From the IMG/VR virus record IMGVR_UViG_2675903336_000001: a stretch of 7,532 nt of DNA. One strand, 5' to 3'. The stretch is from a virus. Taxonomy: Duplodnaviria > Heunggongvirae > Uroviricota > Caudoviricetes. The translations under genes were made by a program, and so were the position numbers. Below the pieces are notes generated by a model. The model searched no databases. It had not been told where the DNA came from and saw nothing but the letters and a program-made list of their open reading frames with translations. Below, one piece after another: positions 1-7,427 of the stretch (position 1 is its first letter; every line of letters begins with the position of its first letter).

Positions 1-40
1 GCATTTGCTTTATCATGTAAAAGTCCTCTCTGCTCAGCAT
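1..40 (-). CDS. istA: IS21-family transposase IstA, N-terminal 13 codons (partial, continues past window edge)
   Basis: Reverse complement of 1..40 translates from ATG to MLSREDFYMIKQM, which matches the N-terminus of IS21-type IstA as I recall it. Too short for an independent statistical call. Confidence 0.65.
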   Translation of the reverse strand, partial: MLSREDFYMIKQM

Positions 41-141
41 GTTGATGTCCTTTCTGGTGTGAGAACCTTAAGGAAACAACATGTTGGGTGGAGCGGACAA
101 TCCAAATGGCGAATTACCGTCTTATATCACTGGCGCTGACA
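1..141 (-). mobile_element. IS21-family insertion sequence, left end only (rest lies beyond the window start)
   Basis: The minus strand carries a transposase start at 40..38 (see istA feature). A TGTCAG motif, which I recall as typical of IS21-family termini, sits at 141..136 on the minus strand, about 100 bp upstream of that start. Stf-like coding sequence ends abruptly at the same place. The exact boundary is an estimate. Confidence 0.6.
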
Positions 142-453
142 CTTCATCACCTCCGGACGTAAATCACCATCCTTTGGTGCATTCAGAAACGCGTTCAGTG
201 TCCCCGGTGCATCAGTCGGTGCCACATCAATATCCCCGACACGGGTTGGCTGCCAGCCGTTACAGTGAAGCGCAACCTCGTAATACCCCGGCTCAGCCTC
301 AATCACATAAGCACCGTTATTGTCCGTCACGCAAGTGGCAACAACGTGTGCCACAACGGTCGGACTGGTTCTTCTGGCCCGCAGTTCAATCGCACAATTT
401 ACGACAGGTTTACCCGCCCCATCTTTCAGTACACCTGAAATCTTTACTGCCAT
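127..453 (-). pseudogene. stf: Side tail fibre (Stf-like) N-terminal fragment, truncated by the IS21-family insertion
   Basis: ATG at 453..451 begins MAVKISGVLKDGAGKPV..., resembling the lambda Stf N-terminus (MAVKISGVLKDG...). The frame stays open only about 108 codons and reaches a stop at 129..127, inside the presumed IS end. Position after lom matches lambda order J-lom-stf. The ORF-track start at 495 is an upstream extension that overlaps the lom terminator. Confidence 0.6.
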
Positions 454-463
454 ATTCACCCCA

Positions 464-489
464 CAAAAAGCCCGCCTGAACCAGCGGGC
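464..489 (-). terminator. Putative rho-independent terminator downstream of lom
   Basis: Plus strand has gcccgc (470-475), an 8-nt loop, then gcgggc (484-489), preceded by aaaaa (465-469). On the minus strand this reads as a GC-rich 6-bp stem followed by TTTTT, 28 nt past the lom stop. Confidence 0.5.
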
Positions 490-516
490 AGTCATAACAC
501 TGTGTTACCTGGCTAA

Positions 517-1116
517 TCAGAACTTATAACCGACACCCACGATGAAACCGTCAGTGCGCCAGTCACCACTGCCGGAACCTTCATAAGCAAGGTCAATGGC
601 CACGGATTCGGTCGGGTTAAACTGCACGCCAGCCCCCCACGCCAGAGACGTGTTGCTGTGGCGACCGCCATCACTTCCGGTCAGCACATCGTGCGTTTTC
701 CCCTTGTTGTCAGTTACGCGGAGATAATCCCCGGAGAAGGTCGACACACGGCTGTAAGCCACGCCCGCCATCGCATACGCGCTGAACCATTCATTCACGC
801 GCACAGACGGCCCCGCCATCACGCTGAACCAGCGGTTACGCACGGAATCCTCATGCCAGCGGGTATCGCTGTAATGCGTTTTTTGCTCATCTTCAGCGTT
901 GGCATAACTGAATGACGTAATCAGCCCCAGCGTGTCCGTAAACTCATAACGGTATTTCACGTTAATGCCCTTCAGGTCATCGCTGCCTGGCATATCAGTA
1001 TGGGTCTGAAGATACCCGGCGCTCAGCGTGGACTGATGTTCAGACGCCCATGCAGGCGCACCGGATACGGCCAGACAGATGGCTGCGGACAAAATGGCTG
1101 CACAAACTTTACGCAT
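517..1116 (-). CDS. lom: Lom outer-membrane beta-barrel protein (Ail/Lom/OmpX/PagC family), prophage moron
   Basis: 199-aa ORF with a signal peptide (MRKVCAAILSAAICLAVSGAPAWA). C-terminus ...AYEGSGSGDWRTDGFIVGVGYKF matches the lambda Lom C-terminus, including the terminal aromatic residue typical of OMP barrels. SD-like GAGAGG lies 4-5 nt before the ATG at 1116. Confidence 0.9.
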   Translation of the reverse strand: MRKVCAAILSAAICLAVSGAPAWASEHQSTLSAGYLQTHTDMPGSDDLKGINVKYRYEFTDTLGLITSFSYANAEDEQKTHYSDTRWHEDSVRNRWFSVMAGPSVRVNEWFSAYAMAGVAYSRVSTFSGDYLRVTDNKGKTHDVLTGSDGGRHSNTSLAWGAGVQFNPTESVAIDLAYEGSGSGDWRTDGFIVGVGYKF

Positions 1117-1140
1117 AATTACCTCTCGCTTTTCTGCAAT

Positions 1141-1164
1141 AAAAAAGGCACCATTTCTGGTGCC
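1141..1164 (-). terminator. Putative rho-independent terminator between J and lom
   Basis: Plus strand has aaaaaa (1141-1146), ggcacc (1147-1152), a 6-nt loop, then ggtgcc (1159-1164). On the minus strand this is a 6-bp GC stem followed by TTTTTT, 20 nt past the stop of the J C-terminal ORF (1186..1184). Confidence 0.55.
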
Positions 1165-1183
1165 CGTATCTGGGTTATAAAAT

Positions 1184-4100
1184 TCAGCTAATCGTGATGC
1201 CTGCAGTGGCTTTCTTCATCACCACAACCAGCAAATCGCTGATACTTGCTGTGGGATACCAGCCATTTACCAGCCATGCCGATACAGAAAACTCCAGCGT
1301 CATGTGACCGTGACCGGCAGGCATATCAATAACACCCGTATATATCAGCGTATTATCCAGGGTCGTTCGGTTATAAATTTCAGCACCGTTTTTCTTCACT
1401 ATCAGGCGGCATGACGAATAAATATTGTTATTCTTCCGCTCATGTTTAGCACCGCGAAACGCCACCGCGGGAATAACAATTTGCCGATCAAACGGCTGAT
1501 CGTCATAAACCCTGACGGTAATGGTCCCTGATGGCCACCTCTCCGGTGCCCGGGAGTCCCGTGGGAAAGGTTTGCCCACTGTTTTAACGAGATCGCCTTC
1601 AATCTGGTTCGCGGACAATTTTCCCAGAACCCGACNNNNNNNNNNNNNNNNNNNNNNNNNNNNNNNNNNNNNNNNNNNNNNNNNNNNNNNNNNNNNNNNN
1701 NNNNNNNNNNNNNNNNNNNNNNNNNNNNNNNNNNNNNNNNNNNNNNNNNNNNNNNNNNNNNNNNNNNNNNNNNNNNNNNNNNNNNNNNNNNNNNNNNNNN
1801 NNNNNNNNNNNNNNNNNNNNNNNNNNNNNNNNNNNNNNNNNNNNNNNNNNNNNNNNNNNNNNNNNNNNNNNNNNNNNNNNNNNNNTCGCAGGATTAATCA
1901 TCGCAATCCTGTCTGCCGCCAGCAGCACCTGACTCTGCATTCCTGCTGGCGTATTCTCAATACCGGCACCGATACCCGCAATATAAAGGCGTCCGTCCTT
2001 CATCTGTTGCAGCTTCACAGCCCACATGCTGTTCAGGTTATTATTTGTATCAACCTGAACTTTCTGTATCTGCTGGATTGCAGCACTCTGATTTTCCAGT
2101 TTTTTATTGACGGTTTGCGTGATTTCATTGCTGACATTCGTAATGGACGTCCTGATTTCAGTCAGGTCCGGCGCAAGCTGACCGTTATCAATCTGCGTCC
2201 ACAACTCCTTGCCGAGATGCGTTTTATTGATCAACCCTTTATAAAAATTCAGATAACCTTCTGCATCATCGCTCGCCCGACCGATGGCCTCCACAAATGC
2301 CGATTTGCCAACGGTGTTCACACTGCGAACGTAAAAATAATAATCATGGCCCGGCCTGATATTGATACTGGCGGCTATCCAGTACAGCGCCGTGCCAAGA
2401 TAGCGGGCGCTGGTTTCAACCTGCCTGATATCCGCAATCCGCTTTTCCGAAAACCAGAACTCAAACTGCACCGTCGGGTCATATACAGCCAGTTTCGGGA
2501 CCGCCGTTATCTGAAAATACCCCGGTATCAGTTCAATAGTGACAGGCGCTGCCGGTGCCGCAATCCGGAACGATACCGACGCCGGATCGCCCTGCTGCCC
2601 CCGGGCATTTACCGCCCGGACTGTCAGACTGTAATTCCCCAGCGCCAGCTGCCTGAAGCGGTATGTGGTTTCCGTCGTCCTGGCTGTGCTGACCAGCCGC
2701 TCACTGCCGTCGTCCGCTGCCACGGTCAGGCGAAGCAGGAAGCTCACACCCTTCACCACCTTCGGCGTGTCCCATCGCGCCAGCACCTGATATTCCCCGC
2801 TGTCTGCGGTGACTTCGGCGGTCAGATGCTGCACCGCTGGCGGCGTGACACCATTCACCGTGCCGCGCCGGTCACCGTCAAAGTGTGCCCCGTTATCCAC
2901 GATGGCCTCTTTTTCCGGCACATGCTGCACGGCGGTGATGGCATACGTGCCGTCGTCGTTCTCACGGATACTCACGCAGCGGAACAGACGCTGGCGCAGC
3001 GTCGGCAGCTTCAGCCCCCACACGCTGTATTCTGCAACGCCGTCAGGAACCCGGCTCACTTTCACCTTCACGCCGTCGGTGACGGACTGGACCTCCACGC
3101 TGACCGGATTGCCACTTCCGTCAACCAGGCTTATCAGCGTGGTACCGGAGGACGGCAGCGTGATTTCACGGTCGAGCGTCAGCGTCCGGGTCTGGCTGTT
3201 CACCGCCAGTACGCGACCACCGGTGCTGATACCGGCATAATCATCATCGCAGATTTCAATGACATCACCCGGTACATGGCGAAGCCCTTCTGCGCCCACG
3301 CTGAAGTCCACGGTCTGCGTTTCCAGCAGTTCCGTTTTAATCAGCCACAGCCCGGCTCGGTGTGCCTGCCCCCGGCTGGTACAGCCAAAGGCATCCATCT
3401 TCGNNNNNNNNNNNNNNNNNNNNNNNNNNNNNNNNNNNNNNNNNNNNNNNNNNNNNNNNNNNNNNNNNNNNNNNNNNNNNNNNNNNNNNNNNNNNNNNNN
3501 NNNNNNNNNNNNNNNNNNNNNNNNNNNNNNNNNNNNNNNNNNNNNNNNNNNNNNNNNNNNNNNNNNNNNNNNNNNNNNNNNNNNNNNNNNNNNNNNNNNN
3601 NNNNNNNNNNNNNNNNNNNNNNNNNNNNNNNNNNNNNNNNNNNNNNNNNNNNNNNNCATACAGCGCATCGCCGAGCAGAAATCACTGAGAACATCCCACG
3701 CCTTACGCTGTGTGGTCAGGTAAGAGTTACAGGTGATGCGCGGCTCCGTGCCGCCAAATCCGTCCGTCACTGACTGGTCGCAGTACTGGCCGATGACATA
3801 CAGCGCCCATTTGTCCACATCTGCCGCACCAAGACGTTTCCCCATGCCGTAGCGCGGATGAGTGAGCATGTCCCACAGACACCAGGCCATGTTGTTGCTG
3901 TATGCTGGCTTAAGCGTTCCGTCCCAGATACCGCTGTATTGCCGCGTCTGCGGGTTATAGTTCGACGGCACCTGCAGAATGCGCCCGCGAAGATGATAAT
4001 TGCGACTCACCTGCTGGTTACCGAACTGCTCTGAATCCACCTGCACGCCGACCAGCGCCGTGTTCGGGTAGCACTGTTTCACATCGATGATTTCGGTGTA

Positions 4101-4703
4101 CGACGACCAGAGCGTTTTGTTCTGCAGCTGGTCTGTGGTGCTGTCCGGTGTCATCCTGCGCATCCGGATATTAAACGGGCGCGGCGGCAGGTTACCCACC
4201 ACCACCGAGGCCAGATACTGCGAAGTGGTTTTGCCCTTAATGGTGATGTCTTTTTCCGTCACCCAGCCACCGTTACGCTGTATCTGAACCAGCAGGCGGA
4301 CTTCCGACGGATTCCGGTCACCCTTTGAGGTGGTTTCCACCAGTGCCTGCACACCGAAGGTCAGGCGCAGACGGTCGATGTTTGCCGACGTGATGGTCCG
4401 GGTGATCGGCGTGTCATATTTCACTTCCGTACCCAGCACCGTCTCGGAGCCGGAGGATTCAAAACCCTCCGGCGGTGTCTGCTCCTGCTCACCTGCACGG
4501 AACACCACCGTAACACCGGAAAAGTTTGTCTTCCCCTCGCTGTCCAGGACCGGCGTACCGTTCAGCAGCACGCTTTTTAATCCATCCACCGGACCGTCAA
4601 CCGGCCCTTCGCTGATGGCATCAATCACACTCAGCAACTGCGTGGATTTCAGGTTGTCCTTCGCTTCGCGCGGGGTATGCCCCTTACTGCTGCCTTTACC
4701 CAT
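1184..4703 (-). CDS. J: Tail tip / host specificity protein J (central tail fibre); interrupted by two N-masked blocks, with a frame change across the first
   Basis: ATG at 4703..4701 begins [34 protein letters not shown]..., closely matching the lambda gpJ N-terminus. The frame is collinear through the 3404-3656 mask (...FCSAMRCM / [22 protein letters not shown]...). The body frame runs to ...[11 protein letters not shown] at 1887. The C-terminal domain (...[21 protein letters not shown]...[13 protein letters not shown]...[14 protein letters not shown], stop at 1184) matches the lambda gpJ receptor-binding C-terminus but lies in a different frame. The ORF-track stop at 1599 is a short read-on in the body frame after the mask. 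Confidence 0.85.
1636..1885. other. Masked or unsequenced block (250 N) inside J
   Basis: Run of n characters; no sequence information. Would correspond to the J region between the fibronectin-like body and the receptor-binding domain. Confidence 1.
3404..3656. other. Masked or unsequenced block (253 N) inside J
   Basis: Run of n characters. The J frame is preserved across it, so about 84 codons are hidden. Confidence 1.
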
Positions 4704-4763
4704 TCCTCACGCTCCATAAACGACAAAACCGCCCGCAGGCGGTTTCACATAAAACATTTTGCA

Positions 4764-5405
4764 TCAGCGACCAATCACCACAACCTGACCACCATCCCCT
4801 TCGTCTGCCGTGCTGATCTCCTGAGAAACCACACGTGACCCCACGCGCATTTCACCGTACAGAACGGGCAGAACATTGCCCTGGGCAACCATGTTATCCA
4901 GTGACGAGAAATACGTGTTCTGCTTACCGTTATCCGTTGTCTGTGTACGGGGAGTTCTGGCTTTCGGTGCCAGCATCTGTGCAACACCGCCAAGCGTCAT
5001 ACTGGCACCGAGAGAAAACAGCAGATTACTCGCCATAATTCCTACCCCCGGCATCCATATAGCAACCGCCATAACAGCCGCCCCCAGCACCGCCTGAAAC
5101 ACACCGCCACTTTTAGCTCCCACCAGACGCGGTACTATGTGGATCACTGCACCATTTGCCAGCGGCTCATTAAGACGGGCAGACAATTCGGTTTCACCTG
5201 CATCACGCCCGGCAATGCGCACCTGATACCAGCCGTCACTCAGTTTCTGACGAAACGCCGGGAGCTGTGTGGCCAGTGCCCGGATGGCTTCAGCCCCCGT
5301 TTTCACACGAAGGTCGATGCGGCGACCAAATCGTTGTAAATCCCCGTAAAGGCAGATGCGCGCCATGCCCGGTGACGCCAGAGGGAGTGTGTGCGTCGCT
5401 GCCAT
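4764..5405 (-). CDS. I: Tail tip assembly protein I (ubiquitin-like N-terminal domain)
   Basis: 213-aa ORF beginning MAATHTLPLASPGMARICLYGDLQRFGRRIDLRVKTGAEAIRALATQLP... and ending ...VSQEISTADEGDGGQVVVIGR, matching lambda gpI as I recall it. The ATG at 5405 overlaps the 3' end of K by 103 nt in another frame. A GTG at 5306..5304 overlapping the K stop (GTGA) is an alternative start. Confidence 0.85.
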   Translation of the reverse strand: MAATHTLPLASPGMARICLYGDLQRFGRRIDLRVKTGAEAIRALATQLPAFRQKLSDGWYQVRIAGRDAGETELSARLNEPLANGAVIHIVPRLVGAKSGGVFQAVLGAAVMAVAIWMPGVGIMASNLLFSLGASMTLGGVAQMLAPKARTPRTQTTDNGKQNTYFSSLDNMVAQGNVLPVLYGEMRVGSRVVSQEISTADEGDGGQVVVIGR

Positions 5406-6046
5406 TTGTCGGTGTACCTCTCTCGTTTGCTCAGTTGTTCAGGAATATGGTGCAGCAGCCCGCCGTCACCGCAGTAAATGGCGGCATGATTCGGCACCGA
5501 TGAACCAAAACAGCACAGCAGCACATCGCCCGGCTGTGCCTCTGTCAGTGCGACACGGTAAAAACCCGTCACCTCCATATTGTCAAGATAGAGATTCTGA
5601 CCGTTACGCCACCAGTCATCCCCGCGATGAAAATCCGGCATCTCAATCCCTGCCAGATGATAAGCATCCCGGAACAGCGTGTAACAGTCCGTCACCCCGT
5701 GCTCAAAGCGCCGCCCGGTGAGATGCGGCACACAGCGGAACTTGTGAATCGCCCCCCGGCAGACCAGCCACCACGGCAAATCACTCTGCACCTGCAGCCG
5801 CCGGTCAGCCTCACTCAGCCAGGGCAGACCACCGGGATGACTGTGGACCAGCGCCACAATCTCACCCTGCATTTGTGCCCGCAGCCAGTCCTCCGGAGCC
5901 ATCCGGAACCGTTCCTCCGGCTCACCGGAGATATTCTCGCTGGGAAGATACCTGTCTCCCTCCGGCGTTCTTACCACGAAGCCACACGACTCCGCTGGCG
6001 CACATCGCCGGGCGTGCGCCAGAATCGCTGATTCTGTCTGTGTCAT
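5303..6046 (-). CDS. K: Tail tip assembly protein K (JAMM/MPN metallopeptidase plus NlpC/P60-like domain)
   Basis: ATG at 6046..6044 begins MTQTESAILAHARRCAPAESCGFVV..., 5 nt after the L stop. JAMM-type motif HSHPGGLPWLSEAD (HxH-x7-S-x2-D) is encoded at about 5845..5804. The C-terminal half has Cys and His residues (GVTDCYTLF ... NHAAIYCGDG) consistent with an NlpC/P60 fold. The ORF-track version (5303..6310) is an upstream extension into L. Confidence 0.85.
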   Translation of the reverse strand: MTQTESAILAHARRCAPAESCGFVVRTPEGDRYLPSENISGEPEERFRMAPEDWLRAQMQGEIVALVHSHPGGLPWLSEADRRLQVQSDLPWWLVCRGAIHKFRCVPHLTGRRFEHGVTDCYTLFRDAYHLAGIEMPDFHRGDDWWRNGQNLYLDNMEVTGFYRVALTEAQPGDVLLCCFGSSVPNHAAIYCGDGGLLHHIPEQLSKRERYTDKWQRRTHSLWRHRAWRASAFTGIYNDLVAASTFV

Positions 6047-6050
6047 GGAT

Positions 6051-6749
6051 TTACTGAGAAAGTTTATTGATGGAAAGGAAACCGCCGAAATTACCGGTAT
6101 TGTTGCGCAACTCACACCCGCGCATACACTTGCTGCATTTGTCCTTCCGGATATCCGTCGTTGGTTTGTCGAACTCGTCAGCCACTGCCCTGCCCGTGTA
6201 ACCACACTCATCAGAACGGTAAGTCCACATACAGGTATTCGCCAGCATGATACGCCCCGGGAAAACCGCGCCATCCGTCTCCGTTGGTGTGGCCAGCACA
6301 AAAGAGGCACTGACCGCGCTCAGTTCGCTGCACTGCTCGATGCGCCAGCGGCTGATCACCTCCTGTTCCGGATCGGCGTCGCTGTTTCCGTTGACGAAGT
6401 TCACCGCATCCAGAAAACGGGCGTAAACCTTACGCCTGACCACCGTTCCGCCGACCAGACTCTGCAGGTCTTCCGCCATCCCGGTGACCATTCCGTGCAG
6501 GTTAGAAACCGTCAGTGTCGGACGGGCAGCACTGCCCTTGCCGTTCAGTTCAAATCCCGTCCCCTGAATGGGGTATGCCTGATACTGCCGCCCCTGCCAG
6601 GTAACCGGCTCACCTTTTTCGTTCTGCTCATTACAGAAAAAATAACGTTCACCACCGACCTCTGTCAGATCGATTTCCCAGAGCACCACCTGGGCTGACT
6701 GAGTGAGGCGTGTCGTCTCATGATGTGTTTCCTGTGGAATATCCTGCAT
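6051..6749 (-). CDS. L: Minor tail protein L (tail tip complex; C-terminal cysteine cluster)
   Basis: 232-aa ORF, MQDIPQETHHETTRLTQSAQVVLWEIDLTEV..., same length as lambda gpL. Strong SD GGAGG lies 5 nt before the ATG at 6749. C-terminal Cys-rich segment (CMWTYRSDECGY...DKCSKCMRGC). Confidence 0.9.
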   Translation of the reverse strand: MQDIPQETHHETTRLTQSAQVVLWEIDLTEVGGERYFFCNEQNEKGEPVTWQGRQYQAYPIQGTGFELNGKGSAARPTLTVSNLHGMVTGMAEDLQSLVGGTVVRRKVYARFLDAVNFVNGNSDADPEQEVISRWRIEQCSELSAVSASFVLATPTETDGAVFPGRIMLANTCMWTYRSDECGYTGRAVADEFDKPTTDIRKDKCSKCMRGCELRNNTGNFGGFLSINKLSQ

Positions 6750-6758
6750 CAGAGCCTC

Positions 6759-7088
6759 CTATGCCACGACCTGTTCAAAATCTGCCGTTATGGTTACCCA
6801 CAACGCCCCCACGCTTGCCGACCATTTACGACAAACCACCCTGATCGGCTTCCAGTCATAAGGTGGCGTCCACTGAAATGCGCGGACGCCACCGTGCCGT
6901 TCCAGAAAGGCTTTTAAAAATGGGTGTTCACCTTTACGAACACGTATCTTCACGCTGTAAGTCGACAACTGGTTATTCAGTCCCGCCGCACGACGCTGTT
7001 CATAACCATCGCCCAGCTTCACTGTCACCACTTTCGGCTCTGATACCACATTCATATCCGGGCGCACTTTCCAGTGAAACGTCTCCAT
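6759..7088 (-). CDS. M: Minor tail protein M
   Basis: 109-aa ORF, METFHWKVRPDMNVVSEPKVVTVKLGDGYEQRRAAGLN..., same length and start as lambda gpM. Its ATG (7088..7086) overlaps the H stop TAA (7090..7088) as TAATG, implying translational coupling. Confidence 0.9.
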   Translation of the reverse strand: METFHWKVRPDMNVVSEPKVVTVKLGDGYEQRRAAGLNNQLSTYSVKIRVRKGEHPFLKAFLERHGGVRAFQWTPPYDWKPIRVVCRKWSASVGALWVTITADFEQVVA

Positions 7089-7427
7089 TACCGGTATGCT
7101 CCACTTAACCGGCCACCATCACGGGCCTGCTGTTGCATAAAGTCCGCGGCCGCTTTTTTCCCGAGGTCATAAACCACCTTCAGGGCAGCCGGACCTATCT
7201 GCCCGTTCGTGCCATCGTTATTGATCTCAATGTTGTACTGCGGGGCAAACATCACCATGCCTGAACCACCAGTATCCGCCACACCCCCCAGCTTACCATC
7301 AGCACCGCGACGCAGTGGCAGAATGGCTTCAGGTCCCGCTTCCCCCATCACACCCGCGCCTTTTGCAAAAGCAAAAAACGTCGGACGGTTAACCACCGTG
7401 CCACTGTAGCGACTCAAATCAGCAGAC
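7088..7427 (-). pseudogene. H: Tail tape measure protein H, C-terminal fragment (5' part removed by IS insertion)
   Basis: Open frame ending ...EAGPEAILPLRRGADGKLGGVADTGGSGMVMFAPQYNIEINNDGTNGQIGPAALKVVYDLGKKAAADFMQQQARDGGRLSGAYR, with stop overlapping the M start. Position and synteny (H-M-L-K-I-J) match lambda. Upstream of about 7427 the frame runs into IS sequence, so the ORF-track start at 7453 is not native. Confidence 0.75.

Noticed and set aside
127-495. 122-aa ORF with start at 495
   Set aside because: The extra 14 N-terminal codons (MTARWFRRAFCGVN) overlap the lom terminator hairpin. The conserved Stf start MAVKISGVLKDG begins at 453.
1117-1200. Possible lom promoter (TATAAC-like hexamer near 1172-1177 on the minus strand)
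   Set aside because: The candidate -10 lies upstream of the terminator hairpin and lacks a properly spaced -35. Too weak to report as a feature.
1402-1602. 66-aa minus-strand ORF overlapping the J C-terminal domain
   Set aside because: It is an alternative frame inside a region whose other frame carries clear gpJ C-terminal homology, and is most likely spurious.
1636-1885. Possibility that the N blocks hide a novel inserted gene or system
   Set aside because: There is no sequence to evaluate. In the 3404-3656 block the J frame and spacing are consistent with ordinary hidden J codons. In the 1636-1885 block the only visible anomaly is the frame offset, which is reported separately as a finding.
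2809-3240. Plus-strand ORFs of 143 aa (2809-3240) and 154 aa (3259-3723) inside J
   Set aside because: Antisense to J. The second is mostly translation of the N run. No RBS or homology.
1521-3773. 750-aa plus-strand ORF spanning both N blocks
   Set aside because: It is antisense to J, whose minus-strand translation matches a well-known protein over its whole length. The ORF is inflated by translating through N runs and by GC-rich codon bias, and has no recognisable protein features.
5303-6310. 335-aa version of K from the ORF track
   Set aside because: The first 88 codons overlap the 3' end of L in another frame and begin at a GTG inside L. The conserved K N-terminus MTQTESAIL starts at the ATG at 6046 right after the L stop.
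6045-6698. 217-aa plus-strand ORF
   Set aside because: Antisense to L, which is a full-length, well-supported gene with a strong SD. No independent signals.
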